A stretch of DNA of 28,944 nucleotides from a virus (taxonomy: Duplodnaviria > Heunggongvirae > Uroviricota > Caudoviricetes): the IMG/VR virus record IMGVR_UViG_2667527522_000007, one strand, 5' to 3'. The position numbers were made by a program, and so were the translations under genes. Of this stretch, positions 18,253 to 27,216 are shown in pieces. The first letter of the stretch is position 1. Each line of letters starts with the position of its first letter. Below the pieces are notes generated by a model. The model saw only the letters and a list, made by a program, of their open reading frames with translations, ran no database searches and was not told where the DNA came from.

Positions 18253-19107
18253 TCAGCAGTTCGTCATCAGGGCGTCACCGCCACCGCCGGTGGCCTTGCT
18301 GCGGCGCTGCTGGGTCAGACTTTCGGTGTTGTCGAGACTGTTTTTCAGGCGGCTGAATGCCTGACTGGTTTCATCCGCCCTGTCAGTCACCTCCTGCTTA
18401 AGAGCGGAAAAGGCAGTTTCCATCTCAGCGAGGCGCTGCTCAGTGGCGCTCAGTTTTTCCTGCACATGTTCAGCGACAGCGGTCACCGCTTCATGCACGT
18501 CATTCAGACGGGCGTCATCGCTGGCCTGTTTGCGGCCAAAAATGGATTTCACCTTTTCGGTCAGAGCGGTGAACACGGTTTCAGGCAGGTCTTCAAATTC
18601 CAGCTCAACGGGCGTTGCCACTGAAATCAGGTTTTCAGGGCTTAATTTGAAGCGGTTCAGGGGGTTGTGTTTTGCCGTGCGGCAGAATTCCAGGTATTCC
18701 GTACCGAGGCTTGCCGGGTCATCGGTGACGGCCAGCCCCACCAGATAACATTTGCCGGTGTTGGCAAAGTTCGGCTGAATTTCCATTGAGGTATAAACCT
18801 TCTGCGCGGCCTTGTTCATCGCGATAAGGTCATCGGTCGGGGTGATTTTCGCAAACAGCGCCCATTTGCCTTTCAGCGCCGAATCATCGTCAATCTTTTC
18901 GGCCTTCAGTTCGGTCACATCGCCATAACGCTTAAAAATACCGTCAGGCAGGATGCCGCGCAGATGTTCCAGGTTAATGCGGCAACCATAGACACGCGGG
19001 TCAAAGGTTTCGGCCATTTCCTGAATATCCTGCGCACTGATGACACGCCCGTCACAGGTGTCACCCTCAACGCCGATACGAAAGAATTTTGAGACTTTTT
19101 TTGCCAT
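18253..19107 (-). CDS. O: Capsid scaffolding protein O (start chosen at MAKKVSKFF; the track ORF is longer)
   Basis: 284 aa from the internal Met; divergent from P. Confidence 0.8.
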   Translation of the reverse strand: MAKKVSKFFRIGVEGDTCDGRVISAQDIQEMAETFDPRVYGCRINLEHLRGILPDGIFKRYGDVTELKAEKIDDDSALKGKWALFAKITPTDDLIAMNKAAQKVYTSMEIQPNFANTGKCYLVGLAVTDDPASLGTEYLEFCRTAKHNPLNRFKLSPENLISVATPVELEFEDLPETVFTALTEKVKSIFGRKQASDDARLNDVHEAVTAVAEHVQEKLSATEQRLAEMETAFSALKQEVTDRADETSQAFSRLKNSLDNTESLTQQRRSKATGGGGDALMTNC

Positions 19108-19280
19108 TGTCAGGAGTCCTGAATAGTGATTAGAGGAGTCACATGTCGGCATCAGTTTCCCGACGATGCGCATCCTCCGCCATCAGTCCCGGATGGCTTA
19201 TCACTGACACAACAGCACCTTAGCGAATCGCGGGGCGCGACTCAGTAGCCTTGCCGTGTATTCATCACGGCGAGGTATTC
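19108..19280. promoter_or_regulatory. Divergent late promoter region (P-Q leftward partner versus O-N-M-L...), presumably Ogr-dependent
   Basis: Intergenic gap between divergently transcribed O and P; assigned by synteny with P2, motifs not verified. Confidence 0.4.
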
Positions 19281-21053
19281 ATGACCATCACCACAGACAC
19301 CACTCTTTTACACGACCCGCGTCGTCAGGCGGCGCTGCTGTACTGGCAGGGGTTTTCCGTGCCGCAGATTGCCGCCATGTTGCAGATGAAACGCCCGACG
19401 GTGCAGAGCTGGAAACAGCGCGACGGCTGGGACAGCGTTGCCCCCATCAGCCGTGTCGAAATGAGTCTGGAAGCGCGGCTGACCCAGCTCATCATCAAAC
19501 CGCAGAAAACCGGCGGTGACTTCAAGGAAATTGACCTGCTGGGACGCCAGATTGAACGGCTGGCGCGGGTCAACCGCTACAGTCAGACCGGCAACGAGGC
19601 AGACCTTAATCCGAACGTCGCTAACCGCAACAAAGGCGGGCGTCGCAAACCGAAAAAGAATTTTTTCAGTGACGAGGCCATCGAAAAGCTGGAGCAGATT
19701 TTCTTTGAGCAGTCTTTCGACTATCAGTTGCACTGGTATCGCGCCGGGCTTGAGCACCGCATCCGCGATATCCTGAAATCCCGCCAGATTGGCGCGACGT
19801 TTTATTTTTCCCGCGAGGCGCTGCTGCGCGCCCTGAAAACCGGTCATAACCAGATTTTTCTGTCGGCCAGTAAAACGCAGGCGTATGTGTTCCGCGAATA
19901 CATCATCGCCTTTGCCCGGCTGGTTGACGTTGACCTGACCGGTGACCCGATTGTCCTGGGCAATAACGGCGCAAAACTGATTTTTCTCGGCACCAACTCC
20001 AACACCGCGCAGAGCCATAACGGCGACCTGTACGTCGATGAGATTTTCTGGATCCCGAATTTTCAGGTACTGCGTAAGGTGGCATCAGGTATGGCCTCAC
20101 AGAGTCACCTGCGCTCGACCTATTTCTCCACCCCGTCCACGCTGGCGCACGACGCCTATCCGTTCTGGTCGGGTGAACTGTTCAACCGGGGACGCGCCAG
20201 CGCCGCCGAACGCGTGGAAATCGACGTCAGTCATAACGCCCTTGCCGGTGGGCTTCTCTGTGCGGACGGCCAGTGGCGGCAGATTGTCACCATTGAGGAC
20301 GCCCTGAAAGGTGGCTGCACGCTGTTCGACATTGAGCAGCTTAAACGCGAAAACAGCGCCGACGATTTTAAAAACCTGTTCATGTGTGAATTTGTTGACG
20401 ACAAGGCGTCGGTGTTCCCGTTCGAGGAGCTGCAACGCTGCATGGTCGACACGCTGGAAGAATGGGAAGACTATGCGCCGTTTGCCGCGAATCCGTTCGG
20501 CTCCCGCCCGGTATGGATTGGTTACGACCCGTCACACCGTGGCGACAGCGCCGGATGCGTGGTGCTGGCACCGCCGGTGGTGGCCGGTGGCAAATTCAGA
20601 ATACTTGAGCGTCACCAGTGGAAAGGCATGGACTTTGCCACTCAGGCGGAATCCATCCGCAAACTCACCGAAAAATACAACGTCGAATACATCGGTATTG
20701 ATGCCACCGGCCTCGGTGTCGGCGTGTTCCAGCTCGTGCGCTCGTTCTATCCCGCCGCGCGCGATATCCGCTACACGCCGGAAATGAAAACCGCAATGGT
20801 GCTCAAGGCAAAAGACGTTATCCGCCGTGGCTGTCTGGAATATGACGTCAGCGCCACCGACATCACCAGCTCGTTTATGGCTATCCGCAAGACCATGACC
20901 AGCAGCGGACGCAGCGCCACCTATGAGGCCAGCCGCAGCGAGGAAGCCAGCCACGCCGACCTCGCCTGGGCAACCATGCACGCCCTGTTAAATGAGCCAC
21001 TCACCGCCGGTATCAGCACTCCGCTGACATCCACCATTCTGGAGTTTTACTGA
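19281..21053 (+). CDS. P: Terminase large subunit (ATPase) P
   Basis: 590 aa from MTITTDTTLL; same length as P2 gpP. Confidence 0.85.
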   Translation: MTITTDTTLLHDPRRQAALLYWQGFSVPQIAAMLQMKRPTVQSWKQRDGWDSVAPISRVEMSLEARLTQLIIKPQKTGGDFKEIDLLGRQIERLARVNRYSQTGNEADLNPNVANRNKGGRRKPKKNFFSDEAIEKLEQIFFEQSFDYQLHWYRAGLEHRIRDILKSRQIGATFYFSREALLRALKTGHNQIFLSASKTQAYVFREYIIAFARLVDVDLTGDPIVLGNNGAKLIFLGTNSNTAQSHNGDLYVDEIFWIPNFQVLRKVASGMASQSHLRSTYFSTPSTLAHDAYPFWSGELFNRGRASAAERVEIDVSHNALAGGLLCADGQWRQIVTIEDALKGGCTLFDIEQLKRENSADDFKNLFMCEFVDDKASVFPFEELQRCMVDTLEEWEDYAPFAANPFGSRPVWIGYDPSHRGDSAGCVVLAPPVVAGGKFRILERHQWKGMDFATQAESIRKLTEKYNVEYIGIDATGLGVGVFQLVRSFYPAARDIRYTPEMKTAMVLKAKDVIRRGCLEYDVSATDITSSFMAIRKTMTSSGRSATYEASRSEEASHADLAWATMHALLNEPLTAGISTPLTSTILEFY

Positions 21054-22087
21054 TGAGCAAGAAAAAAGGGAAAACACCGCGACCTGCGGCAAAAACAATC
21101 ACCGCCAGCGCCCCGAAAATGGAAGCATTCACCTTTGGCGAGCCGGTGCCGGTACTCGACCGCCGTGACATTCTGGATTACGTCGAGTGCATCAGTAACG
21201 GCAGATGGTATGAGCCGCCGGTCAGCTTTACCGGTCTGGCAAAAAGCCTGCGTGCTGCCGTGCATCACAGCTCACCGATTTACGTCAAACGTAATATTCT
21301 GGCTTCAACGTTTATCCCGCACCCGTGGCTTTCCCAGCAGGATTTCAGCCGTTTTGTGCTGGATTTTCTGGTGTTCGGTAATGCGTTTCTGGAAAAGCGT
21401 TACAGCACCACCGGTAAGGTCATCAGACTGGAAACCTCACCGGCAAAATATACCCGCCGTGGCGTGGAGGAGGATGTTTACTGGTGGGTGCCGTCCTTCA
21501 ACGAGCCGACAGCCTTCACACCCGGCTCCGTGTTTCACCTGCTGGAGCCGGATATTAATCAGGAGTTGTACGGCCTGCCGGAATATCTCAGCGCCCTTAA
21601 TTCTGCCTGGCTGAATGAGTCGGCCACGCTGTTCCGCCGAAAGTATTACGAAAACGGCGCACATGCCGGATACATCATGTACGTTACCGATGCCGTGCAG
21701 GATCGCAACGATATCGAAATGCTTCGCGAAAACATGGTGAAGTCGAAAGGCCGCAACAACTTTAAAAACCTGTTTCTCTATGCCCCGCAGGGGAAAGCCG
21801 ACGGCATTAAAATTATCCCGCTCAGTGAAGTGGCGACGAAGGACGATTTTTTTAATATCAAAAAAGCCAGCGCCGCTGACCTGCTGGACGCACACCGCAT
21901 CCCCTTTCAGTTGATGGGTGGCAAGCCGGAGAACGTCGGGTCACTGGGCGATATTGAGAAAGTGGCAAAGGTCTTTGTCCGCAATGAGCTAATCCCGTTA
22001 CAGGACAGGATTCGGGAAATAAACGGCTGGCTCGGTCAGGAGGTCATCCGCTTTAAAAACTACTCACTGGACACTGACAACGGCTGA
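21053..22087 (+). CDS. Q: Portal protein Q
   Basis: 344 aa, same length as P2 gpQ; start overlaps P stop; adjacent to cos. Confidence 0.85.
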   Translation: MSKKKGKTPRPAAKTITASAPKMEAFTFGEPVPVLDRRDILDYVECISNGRWYEPPVSFTGLAKSLRAAVHHSSPIYVKRNILASTFIPHPWLSQQDFSRFVLDFLVFGNAFLEKRYSTTGKVIRLETSPAKYTRRGVEEDVYWWVPSFNEPTAFTPGSVFHLLEPDINQELYGLPEYLSALNSAWLNESATLFRRKYYENGAHAGYIMYVTDAVQDRNDIEMLRENMVKSKGRNNFKNLFLYAPQGKADGIKIIPLSEVATKDDFFNIKKASAADLLDAHRIPFQLMGGKPENVGSLGDIEKVAKVFVRNELIPLQDRIREINGWLGQEVIRFKNYSLDTDNG

Positions 22088-22092
22088 ACATC

Positions 22093-22114
22093 GCCGCCTG
22101 CGGGCGGCTTTTTT
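22093..22114 (+). terminator. Rho-independent terminator after Q
   Basis: gccgcc-tgcg-ggcggc followed by tttttt. Confidence 0.6.
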
Positions 22115-22256
22115 ACACCCCGCCATCACGCCCTCACACGCTCACCACCGCACAAAACAGCCCGCAGACACACCAACGCCCCGGCGAACAATCTAAACGC
22201 CATCACGACGCGCTCAGACGCTGAAAAAATAAAATCAGCACCACCGCCAGCGCGCA

Positions 22257-22275
22257 GTGCTTTCCCCGCCTCGCC
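22257..22275. other. cos cohesive-end site (19 nt)
   Basis: gtgctttccccgcctcgcc is the reverse complement of GGCGAGGCGGGGAAAGCAC, the P2 cohesive end as I remember it; lies just after Q as in P2. Confidence 0.6.
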
Positions 22276-22560
22276 CGCCCGCTTCACGGGGCGGTTTTAA
22301 TGCAGTTGCATAGATACTATGGATCCGCACCAGTCCTGACCGCACGCCGCCTGAACGGACATCCCCAACGCATGCAAAAACATTCACTTGTTGCATGCAT
22401 AGCTTTTTAAGTACGCCATACCGCAACTGTACATTTTTAAGCAATTGGCAACTTTAAAAAATTTACATTGCTTTCAAGACCTTATCATCCGTAGTCTCTG
22501 TTTTTTACTTTGAGCTACATCAATAAAATCTCAAACATGTTTAATGCAAAGCCCTTGTTA

Positions 22561-22615
22561 CACAACATAGAATGTATGCCTAGAAACAACGACATACTAT
22601 ATGTTGTGTTTTTCC
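22561..22615 (+). other. Long imperfect hairpin with U-tract (candidate sRNA 3' end or attenuator) in the accessory cassette
   Basis: cacaacata...tatgttgtg 9-bp outer stem with an inner gtatg/catac stem, followed by ttttt; possible promoter TTTACA-15-TATCAT about 80 bp upstream (22462-22488). Confidence 0.3.
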
Positions 22616-22675
22616 GGCTCTCTGTTCGGTGATATGCCAAATCACTTTGCGTTTAAACAGAGCATTATTTCAGGG

Positions 22676-22690
22676 CAAGACTTCGCTCAA
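22676..22690 (+). repeat. 15-bp direct repeat, copy 1 (caagacttcgctcaa)
   Basis: Exact 15-mer repeated at 22940-22954. Confidence 0.5.
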
Positions 22691-22753
22691 AAGTCATTCC
22701 ACCTAAGAAGCGCATATACCGGTGGAAGTTGCCCTCTACTTACAGGAGGCAAT

Positions 22754-22867
22754 ATGAAGAAATGCTATTACTGCATTCTCGTTCTGGCCCTCTTTGGCTA
22801 TCCAAACGGTAGTCCGAGTGGTTTGTCAGTAAACGTCAGTAATATCAATGTCAGCATTATGCTTTAA
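22754..22867 (+). CDS. Small 37-aa hydrophobic peptide, function unknown (candidate moron or small toxin-like peptide)
   Basis: AGGAGG 4 nt upstream of ATG; MKKCYYCILVLALFGYPNGSPSGLSVNVSNINVSIML; terminator immediately downstream; the 88-aa track ORF 22601..22867 has no RBS. Confidence 0.3.
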   Translation: MKKCYYCILVLALFGYPNGSPSGLSVNVSNINVSIML

Positions 22868-22880
22868 TATGCTTCAAACA

Positions 22881-22910
22881 AAAAAACCACCTGCCAGGGT
22901 GGTTTTTTTG
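22881..22910. terminator. Bidirectional rho-independent terminator (A-tract, hairpin, T-tract)
   Basis: aaaaaaccacc-tgccag-ggtggttttttt; could terminate both the small-ORF transcript and the convergent early operon ending with A. Confidence 0.6.
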
Positions 22911-22939
22911 CGCCCATCATCAATACGATGAAAGACTGA

Positions 22940-22954
22940 CAAGACTTCGCTCAA
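22940..22954 (+). repeat. 15-bp direct repeat, copy 2 (caagacttcgctcaa)
   Basis: Exact copy of 22676-22690; the pair brackets the small ORF and terminator. Confidence 0.5.
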
Positions 22955-23169
22955 GACGAATTATGCGTCGACATAAGGTTACCCGCAATGATTTTATTAG
23001 ACTAAATGGATGGCCTTTTATGACCCGGATCAAACGGCTGTCCTTACCGACATGCTAGTCACTCAATAGCATTTAGCCTTCTAATTCAGCATGCTATTGA
23101 CCTTCTGCTGCCCCATAACTGCTCCGCATAAGCCATTCAATGCCATATCAAATCACGTTGTGTTTTTAC

Positions 23170-25446
23170 TCAAATGGGTAACGAGAACCCCGGCCACTCA
23201 TCAGCAACCGGATACGTGAATTTTTTCCCGTCATAATTTACGGTCGCGCCACGCGCCAGCGCCTCAAGCTCCCATCGTTGCGGCCTGATACCGTTCTGAG
23301 CGAGGTCAACGCGGATACGGGTAATTTGCATTCTTTCCGACCGGGTCAGTCTGGCCGATGGTGCAATTTCATGTGGTTTTAACGGGCTTCCGTTTCTTTG
23401 CTGACGATTTGGTGTTCTCAGTCCGTGTTTTAATGCGCCCCTGAGCGCCATCACGACCTCCGGGTCACTCCATTCGATAACACCGTCATCTACCAGATTA
23501 AGCACTGCTGCGGCGTGCTCAGAAGGTGTGGGAGCCGGTAACGAAGTATCACCACCGGTGAGCTTTCCACAGTTATTGACAGGACTCCGAGGCGCGGCGA
23601 TGCCGCTTTTTAAAGTCAAAGGCTCAACGACCGGAACTTTCGGCACAATGCGCCAGTCCGTCGTTCTGGTGATATGAATATGACGCGCGCCGAGATGCGG
23701 CGCGTAAATGCCGACCACTCTCTCGACTTCTTCCTCGTATTCGTTAACGTCATCCGACGGGCTACGGGCGACCCTGACAGTCTGACAATCGCGCGGGACA
23801 TTTGCCCCGCCCTGCGCGCTGATATACAGCGCAAAATCGCCACTGTCTGCGGCGGCGCGTGCAGCCTCCACGCGTTCGTCAAATTCATCAGCAATGCTGA
23901 CGCCGCGAGGCAATTTACGTAGCTCACGGTAAGCTCCCATTGTCGGCAGGCCAACCGTTTTAAATTGCGGGATGCGCCACGTTGATGCCCATGCGGTAAC
24001 AGCCGCCGCAGTATCTTTCAGCGGCCTACCGGTATCATTATCGAGCTGACCATCCAGTGCATAGCCGTCGATGTTTTTTGAGATGTATTTCGCGATATAT
24101 CCCGCAGCACCGCCCCGGTTAAGGTGTTTTGCCTGAAAACGGTTTCGCGCGGCTCCTCTTTCGTCGCCATCCTCTTTGAGCGCATAGCGACGCATGATTT
24201 CAATAATCTGGTTACGCTGGCGTGGATTACAAAAAAGCATCATATGCCAGTGCGGCGTTCCGTCGTGGTGTGGCTCGACGACACGCAAACCGTAGACCTG
24301 TAAGTCATTATCCTTGAATGCCGTGCGCATCAGGCTCCAGATACGGCAGAGATATCGCTGCGCATCCTTTGGATTAAATGCCTCATCATTCCAGCCGTGA
24401 TTAAGCTGGACGGTTTTACTTTCGCCTTTTCCGACCTGACGTGCCGGGTGATACTTTGACGGCGCGGTCAGCGTGATAAACATCCCCACATCACCCTCTG
24501 CGGCGGCGTAACGCTCAATACCGGCAATGGTGTTCATCAGCTCCATCCGGCGAATTTCAGGATTAGAAATACTGCCCATCACCTTACTGATAAGGTCGAT
24601 GCGCTCGCCGGTTTCCCTGTTTTCAAGGTCACACGATTTAAGAAATTCCAGATTTGCCTGGCGGCGCGCACGCACATCACGAATGGCATGTTTACTGGCA
24701 TAAGGAGAACGGTCTTTATTGACCTCCCCGACAGCTATCAGTAACGCTTCATGCCAGCGCATACGCTGGCCTTTAAGCTGATGAGTCCACCACTCATCGT
24801 TAAACAGACGGGCAATGGCAGAATATGCCTGCCTCGTGGTCATCTGTCCTTTACGGTATTTTTTCCAGTAGAGAGGGGAAATATTGAAAGCACGTGCAGC
24901 GCCAGCAACATGACCATAGAGGTGAGCCTGCGCCTCATCCGTAAACAGCGATTCTTTCTCGCCATGCGCATCCACCCAGGCATCGCTGAGTTCCTCATAC
25001 ATCATGAAAAGCTGCGATGAGATACGGGCGGCAAACTTTTTCAGCTCCTTGTCATTCATTCCCGGCAGGCGCGCATAGTGGTCACGCTCTGCCAGAAACA
25101 GCATCGACGCGTCGGTGTTCATTTCATGGCGCTGATTCACACGCTCAATGCGCGGCCATAAACGACGCTGAAAAGTGGATGTGAGGAAATAAAACCCGTG
25201 CACCGGGCTTTTATTGCGCCGGATGTAGTCATAGCGTGAAGTAAACAGCGAGCGCAAAAAGTAAGGCAGGCGGTTAATCGTGGATAAAACACCTTGCACC
25301 TGACGCATCTCGTCACGTGTAAGAGGTCTTTCGCGCCCGACAGCCTCGCGTGGCGCGTTCCATGCATAAGCACCGGTAAACGCCTTACCGGTGCCTGCGG
25401 CAAATGCTGACGGAGGGACAAAACGCCCGGAGGCTTTAACGGCCAT
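23170..25446 (-). CDS. A: Replication initiation protein A (rolling-circle nickase family); start chosen at MAVKASGRF
   Basis: About 758 aa; P2 gpA-like by length and position at the end of the early operon. Confidence 0.85.
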   Translation of the reverse strand: MAVKASGRFVPPSAFAAGTGKAFTGAYAWNAPREAVGRERPLTRDEMRQVQGVLSTINRLPYFLRSLFTSRYDYIRRNKSPVHGFYFLTSTFQRRLWPRIERVNQRHEMNTDASMLFLAERDHYARLPGMNDKELKKFAARISSQLFMMYEELSDAWVDAHGEKESLFTDEAQAHLYGHVAGAARAFNISPLYWKKYRKGQMTTRQAYSAIARLFNDEWWTHQLKGQRMRWHEALLIAVGEVNKDRSPYASKHAIRDVRARRQANLEFLKSCDLENRETGERIDLISKVMGSISNPEIRRMELMNTIAGIERYAAAEGDVGMFITLTAPSKYHPARQVGKGESKTVQLNHGWNDEAFNPKDAQRYLCRIWSLMRTAFKDNDLQVYGLRVVEPHHDGTPHWHMMLFCNPRQRNQIIEIMRRYALKEDGDERGAARNRFQAKHLNRGGAAGYIAKYISKNIDGYALDGQLDNDTGRPLKDTAAAVTAWASTWRIPQFKTVGLPTMGAYRELRKLPRGVSIADEFDERVEAARAAADSGDFALYISAQGGANVPRDCQTVRVARSPSDDVNEYEEEVERVVGIYAPHLGARHIHITRTTDWRIVPKVPVVEPLTLKSGIAAPRSPVNNCGKLTGGDTSLPAPTPSEHAAAVLNLVDDGVIEWSDPEVVMALRGALKHGLRTPNRQQRNGSPLKPHEIAPSARLTRSERMQITRIRVDLAQNGIRPQRWELEALARGATVNYDGKKFTYPVADEWPGFSLPI

Positions 25447-25711
25447 ATGAGCCAAAAGCCTCAGAACAACGCTTGCTGAGTTGCTCAACCTGCGCGTTTA
25501 AATCAGCAAAAGACTTTGCGCTTCCGGTCAGAATATCGTGATGCATCAGGCCGGAAACGAGCTGGCTTAATTTCGGGTAATAACCAACCACCGCCAGCCA
25601 TTCCTGACCGGCGTTTTTACCGCTTTCCGCTCTCTTTTTCTCGTGGAGAATAAACTGAAAGCTGTCACTGGTAACGACATAACGTTCGCCAATTTCGATA
25701 CGAATACTCAT
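25436..25711 (-). CDS. Early-operon hypothetical protein (P2 orf83 position)
   Basis: 91 aa; stop overlaps A start; synteny. Confidence 0.6.
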   Translation of the reverse strand: MSIRIEIGERYVVTSDSFQFILHEKKRAESGKNAGQEWLAVVGYYPKLSQLVSGLMHHDILTGSAKSFADLNAQVEQLSKRCSEAFGSYGR

Positions 25712-25932
25712 GCCATTCTCCGGTAATGCTTGTTTTTTGCTTCAAAGACTGACTGGCAGGAAACACAACGCGTGGCTGACGGATAAGCTGCACGACGGGC
25801 AGCAGGTATTGGCGCGTCACACTCTTCGCAAACCAGCGCAGAAACACCGCAATGTTTTACCCTTGCCGCGTTAATCTGGCGCTCCAGTAATTCAGCCTGT
25901 TGTTCCTGAATAAAATCTATGTTGTCCGGCAT
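25708..25932 (-). CDS. TraR/DksA-family C4 zinc-finger protein (P2 orf82 position)
   Basis: 74 aa with C-x2-C...C-x2-C (CEECDAPIP...CVSC). Confidence 0.7.
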   Translation of the reverse strand: MPDNIDFIQEQQAELLERQINAARVKHCGVSALVCEECDAPIPAARRAAYPSATRCVSCQSVFEAKNKHYRRMA

Positions 25933-26237
25933 TACCAGCTCCTTTTGTCGTTCAGCTTCTTAAATTCATCAGCGCAATAGCTGGCGATTTCTGTCGTTAA
26001 TTTTGTCAGTTCATCCACGGATGAAATTTGCTTATGAAATACAGCGCGTTTAACAAGTAAATTGACCACATCAGACAGGAGGTTTAATTCATTCTGATAA
26101 ATCGCGATAACAGATTCAGTTATGTCGCGTTTTTCTTTATCAAGACAAAGTTGAATAAGAGACAAATCGCCATTTTTCATAACGGCGATTTTTAAGGCGT
26201 TATTCAGTAATACAACTGAATGAGAACAGGACATCAA
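25932..26237 (-). CDS. Hypothetical early protein, AT-rich (P2 orf81 position)
   Basis: 101 aa; compositionally AT-rich relative to neighbours. Confidence 0.55.
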   Translation of the reverse strand: MMSCSHSVVLLNNALKIAVMKNGDLSLIQLCLDKEKRDITESVIAIYQNELNLLSDVVNLLVKRAVFHKQISSVDELTKLTTEIASYCADEFKKLNDKRSW

Positions 26238-26458
26238 AGCACCTCCCCGCGAGACAATCCGATATTGTGAAATTTTTCCGACTCCTGACTGAGCAGCTCG
26301 ACTATCTCCACGCGGGATAACTCCGCCTTTGTGATATGGCGAATCATGGCGTCAAGATGAGAAGAAAAGCGCGTCGCAGCGTCGGCCTGTGCTTCGGTTC
26401 TGGCCTGTTGCAGCAGTAATGCGTATTTACCGCACTGATTTTCAGAAACTGTATGCAT
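26234..26458 (-). CDS. Hypothetical early protein (P2 orf80 position)
   Basis: 74 aa; start/stop coupling with neighbours. Confidence 0.55.
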   Translation of the reverse strand: MHTVSENQCGKYALLLQQARTEAQADAATRFSSHLDAMIRHITKAELSRVEIVELLSQESEKFHNIGLSRGEVL

Positions 26459-26521
26459 GACTTTCTCCAGGCAAAAAGAAGCCCCGCACGATTAAGTGCG
26501 TTAAAAACTCTGGTTAATTAC

Positions 26522-27022
26522 TTAATGCAGATATTGCTCTGGTTTTACCGACGTCAGAATTGTCGGTGCATACTCAAACAGGCTGAATAATTCACGTAAT
26601 GCACGGAATAAAGCATCACGCCAGTAACATGACTCTTCATTAATTCGCCAGTATGGCTGGTTGAATTCTTTTTCAGTCAATCCGGCATGCATAAATAAAG
26701 TACGACGCTGACTGACTGTTAAAAAACTAATATATGCATACTCACTTGCGCCAACCTGACGGCGTTTTGAGAATGCCCCACGCAATTCATCAATTGCACA
26801 AACCAGCCGTTCACGTTCGACGTCGTTCATTTCTTCAAAACGCATCGTTGCGTGACGCTGTTTTAACTGCGCATGAAAGCAAACCGTTAACCGTTCGCGC
26901 TCCATCATCTGATTATAATAATCACATGTATCCTGCCAGCGAGGGACGGCCAGATGCTTACCAATTATCCGGCGCATAGTTGCTGGCTGTTTTTCGACGA
27001 GATTGAGCGTCATCACTGTCAT
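26522..27022 (-). CDS. B: Replication protein B
   Basis: 166 aa, same length as P2 gpB; position between cox/orf78 and orf80. Confidence 0.8.
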   Translation of the reverse strand: MTVMTLNLVEKQPATMRRIIGKHLAVPRWQDTCDYYNQMMERERLTVCFHAQLKQRHATMRFEEMNDVERERLVCAIDELRGAFSKRRQVGASEYAYISFLTVSQRRTLFMHAGLTEKEFNQPYWRINEESCYWRDALFRALRELFSLFEYAPTILTSVKPEQYLH

Positions 27023-27216
27023 TTCCAGAACCTCCGGCTTTTCAGAAAGGTCAGAGCCTTTTTTAACGGACTCTGTTTTTTGGTGCGGATAATGATTCCC
27101 TTGCGACCCTTCCCGTGGGTGATGGTGAAGTCAATCGCCCTGGGGCTTTCGTTACGCAGTAACTGAGCAATACAACGCGGCTCATTCATAATCACAACCC
27201 CATCCACAAAAGCCAT
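27019..27216 (-). CDS. Small hypothetical protein (P2 orf78 position)
   Basis: 65 aa basic ORF coupled to B; overlaps cox 3' end. Confidence 0.4.
   Translation of the reverse strand: MAFVDGVVIMNEPRCIAQLLRNESPRAIDFTITHGKGRKGIIIRTKKQSPLKKALTFLKSRRFWK

Noticed and set aside
22235-22444. 69-aa minus-strand ORF in the track
   Set aside because: Starts with TTG, has no RBS, and runs straight through the cos site and a GC-rich palindromic stretch; most likely a chance ORF.
22601-22867. 88-aa plus-strand ORF as a full-length gene
   Set aside because: No RBS at its first ATG, which lies inside the hairpin/U-tract; the internal start at 22754 with AGGAGG is the plausible start if anything is translated.
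22276-23169. Retron, CRISPR array or other large defence system in the cos-A hotspot
   Set aside because: No ORF of reverse-transcriptase or nuclease size and no repeat-spacer array; only one 15-bp repeat pair and hairpins are present.
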